A stretch of 64,000 nt of DNA from Squalus acanthias. Lineage: Eukaryota. The notes under the pieces were generated by a model. It searched no databases, was not told the DNA's origin, and worked only from the letters and a program-made list of their open reading frames with translations. Below, in pieces: positions 27,069-40,309 of the stretch. The DNA lies in contig CM059452.1 of NCBI GenBank assembly GCA_030390025.1, forward strand, positions 8,308,001 through 8,372,000. The letters run 5' to 3'. Both the position numbers and the translations under genes were made by a program. Numbering within the stretch: the stretch's first letter is position 1; each line of letters starts with the position of its first letter.

Positions 27069-27796
27069 GAGTGACTCAATCCCTCGCAGTGAATTGGAAT
27101 GGAAGGGGTCAGAGATTGAAGCGAGCGGTAACCCGGGCTGTTCAGATCATTGTTCCACCTGCACACTGCAGGGGGGCTGACTTCGTTATGACGTCACCCA
27201 GATTACCGATTGGCTTTGGCGTTTGCATCGCGTGACTTTCTAAGCCCCCCTGCTTGAGTTTGGTGCCCTCTGCTGGCGGATTCTGTTATATCGATTTAGT
27301 ATGAGGTAATTGAGGGGAATTCGGGTTTGTTGATCATATATAAAAACACGTGTGTCCGATATTGTGGCTCAAAAATCTATATTATACCTGATTAAACACT
27401 GTCATTATTTATTATGCTTCTTTCATTTCCCTCTCACTCTATTTGGTCCCAGTCACTTTCTCAGTGAGCAGTAGCAGGTTTACCACAGGCTTCTCGAGAC
27501 CCAACCATCGCCCTTTCCGTTCCATCAGCTCCGAGTGCAGCTGAGCGGCGCCGCGCACTTTCTGCGGTTACACAGAGCCCTGAATTCGCTCAATATTTAG
27601 TCTGAGGCAGCCCCACCCACAGCTTCCGTGTGCTGCTCCCGCTCTGACCCGCCTTGCCTGCCCTGTGTTATTGGAGAGATTGCTGCCTCTGTTCCATGTT
27701 TGGCATTGGTTGGATCAGCAGTGCAGTTGGTGGGGTCTTTATTTCTGCTCCGACATAAGATTTTCCGGACTGCAGAGTTACAGACTCAGGGAAATC

Positions 27797-28280
27797 ATGC
27801 AGGATCGTCTCGCACCGCTCCTCATCATTATATCACTTCTCAGTAAGTATTTCCTTCCCAGTAAAATTCATTCTCCCCCTGACTGCTGTAACCCCGATGA
27901 TATTATTGGTGAAATGATGATGATTATGTTGATTCAGGTGATGATGATGATGACTATTACTTTTATTTTATGTTAGAATGGAGTCACCAAGCCACAGTGG
28001 AACAGCCGGTCCCTGAAATGACGTTTGAAGAGGAAAGTAATGTCACACTAACCTGCACCTTGAAATCAAGCGGCAGTAGAACTTATGTGTTCTGGTACAG
28101 TCAGCACCCCGGGCAGACCCCACAGTACGTGGTTCGTATTATCGGCGAGAATGTAAAAAGGAACCCAGACATCACTGATCGATTCTCTTCTACGTTTAAT
28201 ACCATTACCAAGATTACTGAGCTAACAGTCAGCAATGCCCTGATCTCCGACACCGCCGTGTATTTCTGTGCCATGGACCC
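27797..28280 (+). CDS. TRAV: TCR alpha/delta V segment, family A (leader 27797-27842, V exon 27977-28280)
   Basis: Intact frame; RSS CACACTG, 24 bp, ACAAAAACC (28281-28320); CTCF motif 28345-28358. Confidence 0.9.
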
Positions 28281-29924
28281 CACACTGCTGCAGAGATATC
28301 GCGGATCCCGTACAAAAACCCACACTGAGAGTTTCAGTTAGTGCTCACCAGAGGGCGCTCTCACACCGATAAACAGCAGCGATAATTCAGCCTCCACAGT
28401 GAGAGTCACAGGAACCTTCTTAAAAGGGCAAGAAGCACAACACGCAGGTAAACTCCACTTGCTGAATTGTATTAGTTGGTGATTTCAACTCGCATTGATA
28501 ACAAAAATTAACTTCACAAATCCATCTGTGGTGCATGAACTCCCCTTTTATCTTCGATGTCCTTTCCGTGCCTACTTGTCCCTTCTCATCCCTTGTCTCC
28601 ACTCTTTACCCAAAATCATGTACATTTTCTTCTTCCAGTCTTGAGTTTAACGATGTAAAACGTTTGCTGCTGTTCGACGTATTAATTCGGAACCGCTCCA
28701 ACCCAGTTAAGCATAAAGAGGAACTGGAGACAGCTCATTGACTAAACACAGAATATCCGCCAGAGGGCGCCGTGTTCACGTGTTTCTCTCTGCTCAAATG
28801 TGCAAAACCATCAACATTTGAAACCTGTTTATGTCTGTGTTTGTGTTCGTGGGGTTCAGTAAAGTTTTCCCTCACTGTTGTTTTTACAGCTATTCATCGT
28901 CACAATCTCTCCCCATCACACTTATGAATTATTTTCTTATCCTGCAAATCTTAAAGCAACTGCGAGTGAAGTTTTTGGCAGTTTTGTAAAGCTATCGTTT
29001 GAAAAATACCTGGAAAGAAGGACATACCCATGGAGACAGGACTGTAACCGGGTGAAGAGCTTCTCCCGTGTCACTAACCACCGTTTCCCTCCCCGTGATA
29101 TCAATTTCAGCACAGTGTTAGTTTCAGGCAGACATTAATCTAACGGGTTCAGTGATATTCGGGGAAGGGGCGCATACTCCTCTCCGAGAAATTGCCATCA
29201 CAATCTGATGATGACAGTAAGATGTTGTCTCAAAGTGACAAAGATAGGATTTGAAAGTAGATGACAATGTTCAGTTAATTTTACTCACTGTCACTAATCA
29301 GACTGAGGTGGTTGACGGGGTTCGGGTTTGATTAACCTTCAGCTGGGGACACAAGGGGATGATTTCCTTTGGTCTCTCAGTTTTAGTGACATCGCAAATA
29401 GAGTGGCAAATCTTTGGTCGCTGTTTTAGAATATTTCGTGCTGCTCCTGTGGGACTCCCAATCGAAAGTGCTTTCTTTTAGAAAGCGATCAATATTTAAT
29501 TAGAAACAGAGACCAGATGAAATCTACCCCACAGAGCGGGTACCTCGGTGTAAACACGAATGTTACAGGCGATGCTCTTGATGAGCCTTCTTACATCGAC
29601 AGAAAATAAACCAGCACTCAGCAAACTGACTGATTTGCGCCCATTAAATAAATCCCCAAAACTCAGCAAAGCTGAAGCTTTACTCACCCCGAAGACTGCG
29701 CGGAGTGACGGACTCCACCCTCAGATATATTAAGCTGTGGATGAAAGGGCTTCAACTGACACTTGACTCTCATTCGAATCCTATTTCAATATATGGCGGG
29801 ATTGGATATTACATCATTTGAGGGGAACAATGAGACAAGGAAGTGACCTTGAACCAATAGGAGCCACTGACGAGGTCTATTCCGGTCCTGGATTGGGCTT
29901 TTAACGGGACCGACAGGTTCGGAC

Positions 29925-29985
29925 TCGGCAGCGGCTATTGAGCGCCTGGGTTGTGTTTGGGGTGTTTATTGTCGGTAAGGATGAG
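29925..29985 (+). pseudogene. Orphan decayed leader exon
   Basis: WVVFGVFIV/GTAAGG; it and ~1.2 kb upstream match 44775-45990 inverted; no V exon follows on this strand. Confidence 0.65.
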
Positions 29986-30364
29986 TCCAATCATGTAGTG
30001 TTCAAACTAAAGTGTTACTATTATTTCACTGACACTTTTTAATACTCGATCCATAACTTTACGGGAAAACAGCTGATCCGAGGCAGAAAGGACAGTTTAA
30101 CCGGTCGGTTCATTCTGTGATCGATCTTTCGGGCCGATTGGATTCTGCAGTTTGTTTTCTCGGCCGCTCCTGGAAACAGTTGGGTGACAGTTTGATCCGA
30201 GGTTAATTTGGTTTCCTCTCGGTGTGTGTTTGAGCGCCTGACAGCGCGCTGCACATTGTGGCTGCATCTGCCCGCGATTCCACACAACCCCAACAGACAG
30301 GAGCTCCGCCCTACAGTCCAATGGCAGTTTTTGTACAGGGCTGAGACTGCTTTCCATCACTGTG

Positions 30365-30828
30365 AGTCTCAGGGCGCAGTAATACACGGCAGCGTCAGTC
30401 AGCTGCAGCCCGGAGATGGTTAAACTGGTGAATTTAGTCGAGGTCTGGAGCTCAGCAGAGAAACGGGTTTTAGCAAAATCTGCTTTATCTTCAGCACCGC
30501 TCGAGTATTTCCTCAGTATAAACTCGGGCTGTGTGTCTGGGTGTTGCCGGTACCAGTATAAATAATAGCTGCTCAGTGTAGTATCATAGGTACAGCTTAA
30601 AGTCACCGCTTCTCCTTCTGTCTTAACTCCTGAGGACAGCGGCTGAGTGACAGAATCTCCAAGACTCAGATCTGAAAAACATGTTCAAACAGGAAAAGAT
30701 CAGACCGGCGGGTGTTTAAAATTCAGATTCAAACCATGTTAGAAATGAGAGAAAAGATGAAATGTGTTTGGTCCACAATTACCTGTCAGAAATGCCCCCC
30801 ACACAGCCCAGATGCTGAGTAGCCGCAT
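30365..30828 (-). CDS. TRAV: TCR alpha/delta V segment, family B, apparently functional (leader 30828-30783, V exon 30671-30365)
   Basis: Leader MRLLSIWAVWGAFLT; GDSVTQ...TLSCTYDT...YLYWYRQ...DAAVYYCALR; RSS CACAGTG, 23 bp, ACAAAAACT (30364-30326). Confidence 0.92.
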
Positions 30829-32717
30829 TGTCGCTGTCCGCTCTGTAAAAGGGGGGTTGGATATTTGAAGACACCCGTTCTAATCCCCGCCCTCAATAAT
30901 CTGCTGTCGTGTCTCAGGATGCTCTGACCTCACTTCCTTGTGTCCCCAGTGGTGCTGTGAGACCGGTAGGTGGTGAGCTGGCTGCCAGTGAATGGAAACA
31001 CCCCGAGCTGGGCAACAGTCAGTGTGCTTATAGGGGAATGGTTCCGCTTTTACAGACCGGGGTGGGAATGAAACCCTTGTCTGCTTATTGTGACCGGAAA
31101 TCTCAGGATTGTTAATGAATTATGGTTTATTCCGGGGTCAATTCTTTCTCCAGAATTCCGTTAGTTTGACCGTCGGGACACCGGTAACCGTGACTCTAGT
31201 GAGCTTTCCCTCACGGGTCCATTTACTAGTGAACTATCAATGACCCGGTATTTTATCGGAGTGATTTATAGATCCGTGATATTAGAACGATGATGTCAGC
31301 TGTTACTGAACAAACTATTGAAGGGACATGAAGAATAAGCTCTCCCTGTAATTTAAGCAGTGTTTCAAGCACCGTCCCCTTCTGTGGTTTGCATTCAAAA
31401 TGTTTTCAGTTATATCTGGTGAATTGGGGCCATCTTTGTGCCTGTAATGATTAATTTAAGGATCCCTAATTTTCACTTTTTCGATTTGCAATGAGAGAGA
31501 ATGGAGGGAGCGGCGCTTTTCAGCAACTTACCGCTCATCTGCTTAAAGTGCCCGGGAGCAGAGCGGCGGGACCGGGGTCAAGCCCCCAGGGTGAGGTGTC
31601 GGGCGGGATCTCGTTAACAAGAGCTCAACACCAGCAGGACATGAAAAACTGTCCTTTCAACTTTCACTCTTATTAGAAAAGGATGTGGCGCCGGAAAAGA
31701 AACAAACAACAGGCGGTTCCGGTTTGTCTTTCGCTCCTTTAACATCGATCTCCACTATCGGTACAGTTAATGGCTTCAGAAATCAGATCTCAGGATGTGT
31801 CTTTCACTCACATTTTATTATTCCTTTCCCCATCTTCCACATACTACCACTTACTTGTCCTGCCCATTGGTTAGTTTCAGAATTAAATCCTTCGATATGA
31901 TGGATGAACCTTTGTGATGATTATTGCCCGACGTACCGAGCCAGTCCATTGTGGCAAGTGGATTTCAAATGTTAATCTTCAATTCATTCCAACATTTGCA
32001 CAACAATTCGAGAAACAACATTTAACTCAAAGCCCCGGGGTCTGAGCCACAAAAGGAATATTGTGACCTGACGCCCTCTGGTGGATATTCGGAGAACTGT
32101 TCAGATGCCGGTGCACAGGGTTTGAGAAATTCCAGCCGAGAAATTTGTCCCGGGCAGTGGCTCAAGACGGGCGGTATCGGATCGGCCGCCGGTTATACGC
32201 AGCGCCTGATATTCAGTTCCATGGACCGAGACGAATCTCTAGACCACTGTGTTTATTGACTGCCCTGTCTGCAGTTCCTGTTTTGGGAAGCTGGGTTGGA
32301 GCGGTTCTGAATGAATATGCCGAGCAGCAGCAAAGGTTTTACATCGTTAAACTAAAGACTGGAAGAAGGAAATTCATATGATTATGAGTAAAGAGTGGAG
32401 ACAGGGGACGAGAAGGGACAGGCAGGCACGGAAAGGGCATCGAAAGACAAAAGGCGCCGCAGATGCCTTTGCGCAATGTATTTTCATTATAACTGCGAGT
32501 TAAAATCACCAACTAATATAATTCCACCGGTGAGCCTCACCGGTTATGGTTGAGAGTTTTGTTTAATTGGCCTTTTAAGAAGGTCCCTGTGTCTCTCACT
32601 GTGGAGGCTGAATTGTTGATTCTGTTTATCGGGGTGAGAGCGCCCTCTGGTGAGCACTATCTGGAACTCTCAGTGTGGGTTTTTGTGCGGGAGCCGCTAT
32701 ATCTCTGCAGCAGTGTG

Positions 32718-33185
32718 GGGCTCATGGCACAGAAATACACGGCGGTGTCGGAGATCAGGGCTTTGCCGATCGTTAGCTCGGTAATCTTGGTAGTTCGATT
32801 GAACGTAGGAGAGAATCGGTCAGTGAAGTCAGCATTCCGGTTTACTATCGCTCCATAGAGCACGTACTGTGGAGTCTGCCCGGGGTGCTGACTGTACCAG
32901 AATACAGAAGGGTTAGGATCGCTGGTTTTCAAGGTGCAGGTTAGTGTGACATTCCTGTCCTCTTCAACCGTCATTTCGGGAATCGGCTGTTCCACTGTGT
33001 CTTGGTGGCTCCATTCTAACATTAAATAATAGTAATAGTCATTATCACATTATCATCTTCATCATCATTTCACCAATAATAACACCAGGGCTGCAGCAGT
33101 CAGGGGAGAATGGATGTTTACTGGGAAGGAAATACTTACTGAGAAGTGATATAATGATGAGGAGCGGTGCGAGATGGTTCCACAT
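32718..33185 (-). CDS. TRAV: TCR alpha/delta V segment, family A (leader 33185-33140, V exon 33015-32718)
   Basis: Intact frame; RSS CACACTG, 24 bp, ACAAAAACC (32717-32678); CTCF motif ~32640-32653. Confidence 0.9.
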
Positions 33186-33800
33186 GATGCTCCCTGAGTC
33201 TGTAACTCTGCAGTCCTGGAAATCCTCTGTCGGAGCAGAAATACAGATCCCCGCCCCACTGCACTGCTGATCCAACCAATGCCAAACAGGGAACAGCGGC
33301 AGCAATCCCTCCAATAACACAGGGCAGGCAAGGCGGGTCAGAGCGAGAGCAGCAAACGGAAGCTGTGGGCGGGGCTGCCGCGGGCAGTGTTGTCACACGG
33401 GATCCACCTGTGAGGAACTGAATTCAGTAATAATGTCCCCATCGGAAATTATACAACTCTGCCTTTATATAAGGGCTGCGTCACTTTTACATTCGTTACA
33501 AATTCGGGTCAAGCAGATTGGCGACAGGAATTTCAGATTTATTATATTATTCGATAGTTGCCAAAGTCTTCAACAGTGAAGTGGGTTAAAACCAGGGCTG
33601 AAACTAGCGGTGGGAAATAGAAAAAAAAACTGTAAGGAAATTATAAAATTAATGAGCAGAAATGTGAAATAAAAAGGAATTTCACCTTAATTAATATTGA
33701 GAAATATAACTGCGGATTGACCACCGCCCTTTGCCTGAACTGGTCGATTTCGGGACCGATTTGACTGTCACCCAATCTACCAAGGCTTTGCTCAGAGAGG

Positions 33801-34324
33801 AGATATTGTAGGAGAGCGGGGCCTTTCCCCCACACTGTGGCCCACGGCACAGTAATAGATTCGGGTATCTGCCAACTCTGCCTGGCCGATACCGAGTGTG
33901 CTCAGACTTTGATCCCGGTCGGTGTGGATCTTAAACCGGCCTTGGTGGCGCTCTCCTTTGAATCCACAATGGATGTATCCCGGGGCCTCGCTCACCAGTC
34001 GGCTGTACCAACAGGTGTTGTCGGTGTTGCTGAACCCGCACTGGATCCTATCGGGGTTTCCTTCCACTGCGAACTCTCGGGCAGGTTGAGAATTCTGGGC
34101 CAAACTCGGAGCATCATTGGACACAATTTAAGAATTACACAGAATGTACAACACAGAAACAGGTCATTCGTCCCAACTGGTCTATACCTGTCTTTGTGCT
34201 CCACACGAGTCTCCTCCCAACTCCATTGACATTGAAAAACAGCAGTTTATAGAGCAGAATGATTAAAACCAGTTAGGTAACACGCACATGATAATTAGAG
34301 CAGGAAGAGGTGAATATCCCCCAT
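33801..34324 (-). pseudogene. V segment with open V frame and RSS but damaged leader/acceptor
   Basis: RIQC...TCWYSR...IHCG...DTRIYYCAVG; RSS CACAGTG, 23 bp, ACAATATCT; leader-like ATG at ~34324 runs into a stop; no clear AG acceptor. Confidence 0.7.
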
Positions 34325-34869
34325 GACTGATTTATACTGTTTACTCAAAGCTCCGTCTCACTCTGTATTAAAGCTGGCGGTGATTATTGGAGGCTGCAAC
34401 TTGCCCAGACTCCATGAGACCGCGCTCTCTGCTTCTGCATAACTTCCCTGCAATAGTACAGGAGCCAGGAGACATCACGATAGAAGGCCACGGTTTCTCA
34501 CCTCAGTTTCGCTGTCAGTCATACGGGATCTGCTAGAGTTAATGTCAGTGACAGTCTCACATCTTCTGCTTCAGCTGAAACTCAATCGGTCATCAATATA
34601 TCGATTACTTTGCCCAGCTGGCTCCCGTAATCAGAAGGACCACATTGGACCTGTGACAGTTCTCCGAGGAAACTGTTCACTCAGTCCAATTCTTCTCCTC
34701 TTTCACTACACACGTGAGTTTCTTTTTCAAATATTAACCTATTTACGTTTTAAACGTTATTATGGATTCAGCTTCTTCGCGGCTTTTGGTTGGGAATTTT
34801 ATGTCCCAACAATCCTCTGTGTCAAAAAAGAACCTTCGTTCTCATGGTAGGGATCGTAGCACTGAGTAC

Positions 34870-35540
34870 TGTAATACAGCGATACACCAGCTGAGGGAGC
34901 TAGATAAAGGTGTGACTGAGCACAGTGATACAGAGAGACACCAACAGAGGGAGAGAGATAAAGGTGTGACTGAGCACAGTGCTACAGAGACACCAACAGA
35001 GGGAGAGAGATAAAGGTGTGACTGAGCACAGTGATACAGAGAGACACCAACAGAGGGAGATAGATAAAGGTGTGACTGAGCACAGTGATACAGAGACACC
35101 AACAGAGGGAGATAGATAAAGGTGTGACTGAGCACACTGATACAGAGACACCAACAGAGGGAGAGAGATAAAGGTGGGACTGAGCACAGTGATACAGAGA
35201 GACACCAACAGAGGGAGATAGATAAAGGTGTGACAGAATATAGTGCAACTGAGAGACACCAACAGAGGGAGATAGATAAAGGTGTGACTGAGCACAGTGA
35301 TACAGAGACACCAACAGAGGGAGATAGATAAAGGTGGGACTGAGCACACTGATACAGAGAGACACCAACACAGGGAGATAGATAAAGGTGTGACAGAATA
35401 TAGTGTAACTGAGAGACACCAACAGAGGGAGAGAGATAAAGGTGTGACTGAGCACAGTGATACAGAGAGACACCAACAGAGGGAGAGAGATAAAGGTGTG
35501 ACTGAATCCAGTGATAAAAAGACACCAACAGAGACAGATA
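34870..35540. repeat. 52/54-bp minisatellite (~12 units) containing CACAGTG
   Basis: Unit GAGCACAGTGATACAGAGA(GA)CACCAACAGAGGGAGATAGATAAAGGTGTGACT. Confidence 0.95.
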
Positions 35541-35558
35541 GATATATTTGTGCGAAAC

Positions 35559-36005
35559 ACTGAGTGTGAGCAGCCCGGTGTGAGCTCAGAGACAGTGTGA
35601 GCTGGTGTCAGTGAGAAACACTGAGTGTGGGCGGCCCGGTGTGAGCTCAGAGACAGTGTGAGCTGGTGTCAGTGAGAAACACTGAGTGTGAGCGGCCCGG
35701 TGTGAGCTCAGAGACAGTGTGAGCTGGTGTCAGTGAGACACTGAGTGTGAGCGGCCCGGTGTGAGCTCAGAGACAGTGTGAGCTGGTGTCAGTGAGAAAC
35801 ACTGAGTGTGGGCGGCCCGGTGTGAGCTCAGAGACAGTGTGAGCTGGTGTCAGTGAGAAACACTGAGTGTGAGCGGCCCGGTGTGAGCTCAGAGACAGTG
35901 TGAGCTGGTGTCAGTGAAACACTGAGTGTGAGCGGCCCGGTGTGAGCTCAGAGACAGTGTGAGCTGGTGTCAGTGAGAAACACTGAGTGTGGGCAGCCCG
36001 GTGTG
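35559..36005 (+). repeat. 61-bp VNTR upstream of family-C V (~7 units)
   Basis: ACTGAGTGTGAGCGGCCCGGTGTGAGCTCAGAGACAGTGTGAGCTGGTGTCAGTGAGAAAC repeated. Confidence 0.95.
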
Positions 36006-36172
36006 GGTAAAGCCCGAGACGCAGCAAGTTTCGTCAGTTCGACAGGAAGGAGCCTCTGAGTTGGACATGATGGGAGTTTGTCTCTTGCTAATTCTCCTGA
36101 TATAATATCAGTGTCCTGGTTCTAACCCGACCTCTGTGTACATTCTTCAGCCTCCTTTCATCTGATCGGATA

Positions 36173-36506
36173 ATGCTCCGGATTTGCAGAGTTTCCCTGC
36201 TGATTTACACTCTGATCTGCACGGATGTGAGCGGTGAAGATGAGGTGGAGCAGCTCCCTCGGCGGGTGGTTGTTCGTGAAGAGGGAATCGTGTCCATCAA
36301 CTGCTCCGCTACCGCTGCGTTTACCGTCCTGCACTGGTACAGACAGCACCCGGATCAGACCCTCCAGCATCTGGTGATGGCCACAAGCGGGACCGATCAA
36401 CACGGGAGGATCACTGCTTCAATCGGGGGAGGCAATAAACTCAGTGCCCTGACTGTGAGAGACGCGCGAGTGACAGACAGCGCCACCTATCTCTGCGCCG
36501 TGAGCC
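36173..36506 (+). CDS. TRAV: TCR alpha/delta V segment, family C, single exon
   Basis: ORF from ATG through DSATYLCAVS; RSS CACAGTG, 23 bp, ACAGAAACC (36507-36545). Confidence 0.85.
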
Positions 36507-37341
36507 CACAGTGTAACAAACAGGCGGAGAGTCCGCACAGAAACCTGCCCCGAGGGGGAGCGCCGCTCTGCTGTGTTTGGAGTAACGGGATTGGGAGGGG
36601 CCCGGTTATAATAATCGGAGGTCAGAGGGACTGAGCACAGAACAATGATGATATATTGAAGAGAGCGATTTAAAGAAAGTGAGAAATGAAGAGAGTTGGA
36701 AACATAGACAGAGGAAAAGAAAGAGAAAACACCAAAGAGAGAATGAGAGAAAGAAAGAGAAAAAGCGGTGTAATAATGAGAGTGTAGCTGACAGCACATT
36801 AGGAAAGGAGGGAAAGAGAAATAAAAGAAAGTGAGTAATAACGAGTGAGAAACACAAAGCTAAAAGGTAAGAGAAAGCCATAAAGAAAATGGTTCGGAAA
36901 TAATGTAAAATCCTTTAAATTCACTCACATTTCCCTTCGCCCTGTTTGCACAGTTGAATTGTCTGAAACGCGACTCCCAATTTATCAAGCCGCTGGCAAC
37001 TGTCCCGTAGATAAACTCAAACTTTGCTCTGCCCATGATGCTGACAGTGTACAGTGCCGGGTCACCGCCAGAGGGCGCCGTGGTCACATGTTTCTGGCCG
37101 TAATCAACTGGAAATTATAGAGACAAATCTTGCGGTGACACTGCCCGCGGCAGCCCGCCCACAGCTTCCGTTTGCTGCTCTCGCTCTGACCCGCCTTGCC
37201 TGCCCTGTGTTATTGGAGGGATTGCTGCCTCTGTTCCTTGTTTAGCATTGGTTGGTTCAGCAGTGCAATGGGGCGGGGATCTGTATTTCTGCTCCGACAG
37301 AGGATTTCCCGGACTGCAGAGTTACAGACTCAGGGAGCATC

Positions 37342-37841
37342 ATGCGGAACCGCCTCGCACCGCTCCTCATCATTATATCACTTCTCAGTAAGTATTTCCT
37401 TCCCAGGAAAAATGCATTCTTCCCCCGACTGCTGTAACCCAGGTGTTATTATTGATGGAATGATGGTGATGATGATGGTTATGTTGATTGAGGTGATGAT
37501 GATGGTGACTATTACTATTATGTCATTTTAGAATGGAGCCGCCAAGACACAGTGGAACAGCCGGTTCCTGAAATGACAGTTGAAGAGGAAAGTAATGTCA
37601 CTCTAACCTGCACCGTGAAAACAAGCACTACTGTAACTACAGTGTTCTGGTACAGTCAGCATCCCGGGCAGCCTCCACAGTACGTGGTTTATATTATTGC
37701 AGGGATAGTAAACAGGAACCGCGACTTCACTGACATAGACCGATTCACTTCTACATTTAATAAAACTACCAAGATTACCGAGCTAACGATCAGCAACGTC
37801 CTGATCTCCGACACCGCCGTGTATTTCTGTGCCATGAGACC
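37342..37841 (+). CDS. TRAV: TCR alpha/delta V segment, family A (leader 37342-37387, V exon 37532-37841)
   Basis: Intact frame; RSS 37842-37881 with 24-bp spacer; CTCF motif ~37907-37920. Confidence 0.9.
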
Positions 37842-39111
37842 CACACTGCTGCAGAGATATAGCGGATCCCGTACAAAAACCCCACACTGAGAGTTCCAGT
37901 TAGTGCTCACCAGAGGGCGCTCTCACACCGATAACCAGAAGCGACAATTCAGCCTCCACAGTGAGAGAGAGACAGAGTCCTGCGAGGAACTTGTGTCCGT
38001 CTCTTTACCAATAACCTGCTGCTGCTCTGTTGCACAAACACTTTACAACAAACTCAAATGGGTATATTGAATCGATGTTAAACAGCCTGCTTGTGGCGAG
38101 GTTACCGGGACCAGCTTCAACCGGTCATTATTTTCCAATATTACAAACCAAACTTTACATCCTCATTCTGTCTTCCTTTTATTCAGTTTTCTATATAATT
38201 ATCTCTCATCTTTACATCGAGATTGAGGGAGACACACACACAGAGGCGGACCGAGCAATTTCCGCGGACCAAAGGTCCACATTATCTCTCTATATATTGG
38301 TGCAACTCTTGTGTAGGATGCTGCCTTCCCTATAAAAAGGAATTTGAAAATGGAATTTGATATATACATGAAAAGGAAACATTTTCAGGGCTATGGGGAA
38401 AGAGCAGGGCAGTGGCACTAACAGCACAGGCACGATGGGGCAAAGGTCACCTTCCGTGCTGTAAGACTCTATGTTTCTATGAAATGAGCTCAGAAGGAGA
38501 GTTAAAGAGACACTAGGCGGTAACAGTGATCAAGGAGAGCAGTCAGCATGTAGTTTCCGGCTCCGTCCAAGTGGTGGCGCCGTGGAGCGAATTTCCTTAG
38601 TCTCTCGGTCGTTATTTGCTACATCAAACATCATTTATTGTCCCCGGGTAACGCTAAGGGCAGCTCAACACTGTCTATGTAAAATGCCACTGCTACATGC
38701 AATGACCTAAATGACTAAGGAAGGGGGATAGTTTCTCTGCTCACTGAGTGCAGGGAATGGTACATTGTTCCACGAAGATTCCCTCTGTTCTCCCTCTAAA
38801 TGAACCTTAAATACGTTTTTTGTGAAATTCAGTTATTCAAAAAGGAAGAGTTTATGATTTCCCTGAAAATACCGATCAGAGGAATCTCCATTGAAATATT
38901 TCGGATGTTGCTGCACACACAGTGACCAGAGCAATTCTCCCCGCTCCCTGATGGTGTGAAATTATCCCAAACGGATGTGACATTGTTGCAGGGTCACTTC
39001 CTTTTCTATGCCTGTCACAGGGTTTAATAGTTCAGCTTGGTCCTGTACTGGTGGCAGTTATTGCGACAGCAGAGAAGGGGTCGATGCTCATATTGTGACC
39101 CGCGGACAGCG

Positions 39112-39555
39112 ATGTATTTCCCTGTTTATTTCAGTGTGGTGTTGGCGCTCTCTGTGCTGTGTAAGTACATGTGGAATCCGAGTAGAAAACACACCAATAG
39201 GTCCGGTTAGTGGTGCGGATATTTGTAAATGATTATTTTCTCTTCCAGCCAATAGCGTTGGCGGCGATTCCGTTCACCAAGACTATTCGACCAGGATGGT
39301 GCGGGAAGGAGAAGCGGTGACGCTGAATTGTAGTTTTAAAACAACAGATACAAACCCTGAGCTTTTCTGGTACCGGCAACTTCCCGCTCGGCCTCCGGTG
39401 AACGTGTTGTTTATCACCAAATACGGCACCTTCCCAGCCGACTTCGCCAAGGACCGTTTCACAGCAGAGCTGAGCGCAGAGGAGAGCGCGGTTCGACTGA
39501 CAGTTTCTGGGGCGGAGCTGTCAGACGGCGCCGTGTATTACTGCGCTCTGAGACC
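39112..39555 (+). CDS. TRAV: TCR alpha/delta V segment (leader 39112-39160, V exon 39249-39555)
   Basis: Leader MYFPVYFSVVLALSVL/GTAAGT; GDSVHQ...TLNC...FWYRQ...DGAVYYCALR; RSS CACAGCT, 23 bp, ACAAATACT (39556-39594). Confidence 0.88.
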
Positions 39556-40309
39556 CACAGCTGCACAGCTCTGTGCCCGTCCTGTACAAATACTGCAGCA
39601 TACCGCGTGTAAATAGAACAGTGTGTGGCCGGAATACCCGCCTGTCATGGTCTGATTAGGACAGTTACTGTCAGGACAGAATATTCCCACAGGACAGCTC
39701 CCAGCAGCACTCAATAGAGGAGTATGGTTTTAGATTTCATTCACTCTATAATGAGGGAGGAACAGGAGGAAACCCGCGCAGGTTTAATAGGCCAATGTAC
39801 CGTCTAATGTCTGTTCAATTTCAAGTTTCCCTCTTCACTGCCGCTGTGTTTGTTTCATTTTCACAACCCTTACACCAGCACAGAAGTGTGCAGCTTTGCT
39901 TAGATTTGGGATTATATTCAAAGGGCTCTAAACTTTCCCTTTTCTGCGTGTTGGTTTAATTTCTGACGGTGTGTGACGGCTCACCGAGAGCAATAATCTC
40001 ATTCTCCTGTGATATTCGTGTCTACACCGAGGTGTCCGCTCTATGCGGCAGATTTCCCCTGGTCGCTACTTCTAGTGACATAGTGAACGCGTTCTAAAAC
40101 AATGAATGACGATTCTACTAAACTAGCGATCGGTCGAGATTTCCCGCTGTGTTTGGAAGACCAGAGGAAATCTTCCCCTTGTTTGTCCCCAGCAGAAGGT
40201 TAATCAAACCCGAGCCCCGTCAACCACCTCAGCCTGATTACTGACAGTGAGAGAAACACGCTGAACATCTTCATCTACATAATCACAAAAAATCCAATGG
40301 TGAATTCTG

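Noticed and set aside
32210-32255. Isolated CACAGTG on the minus strand
   Set aside because: No nonamer at 12 or 23 bp and no V or J coding sequence
34842-35563. Long repetitive ORFs; CRISPR-like appearance
   Set aside because: Pure tandem repeat without unique spacers in a vertebrate locus
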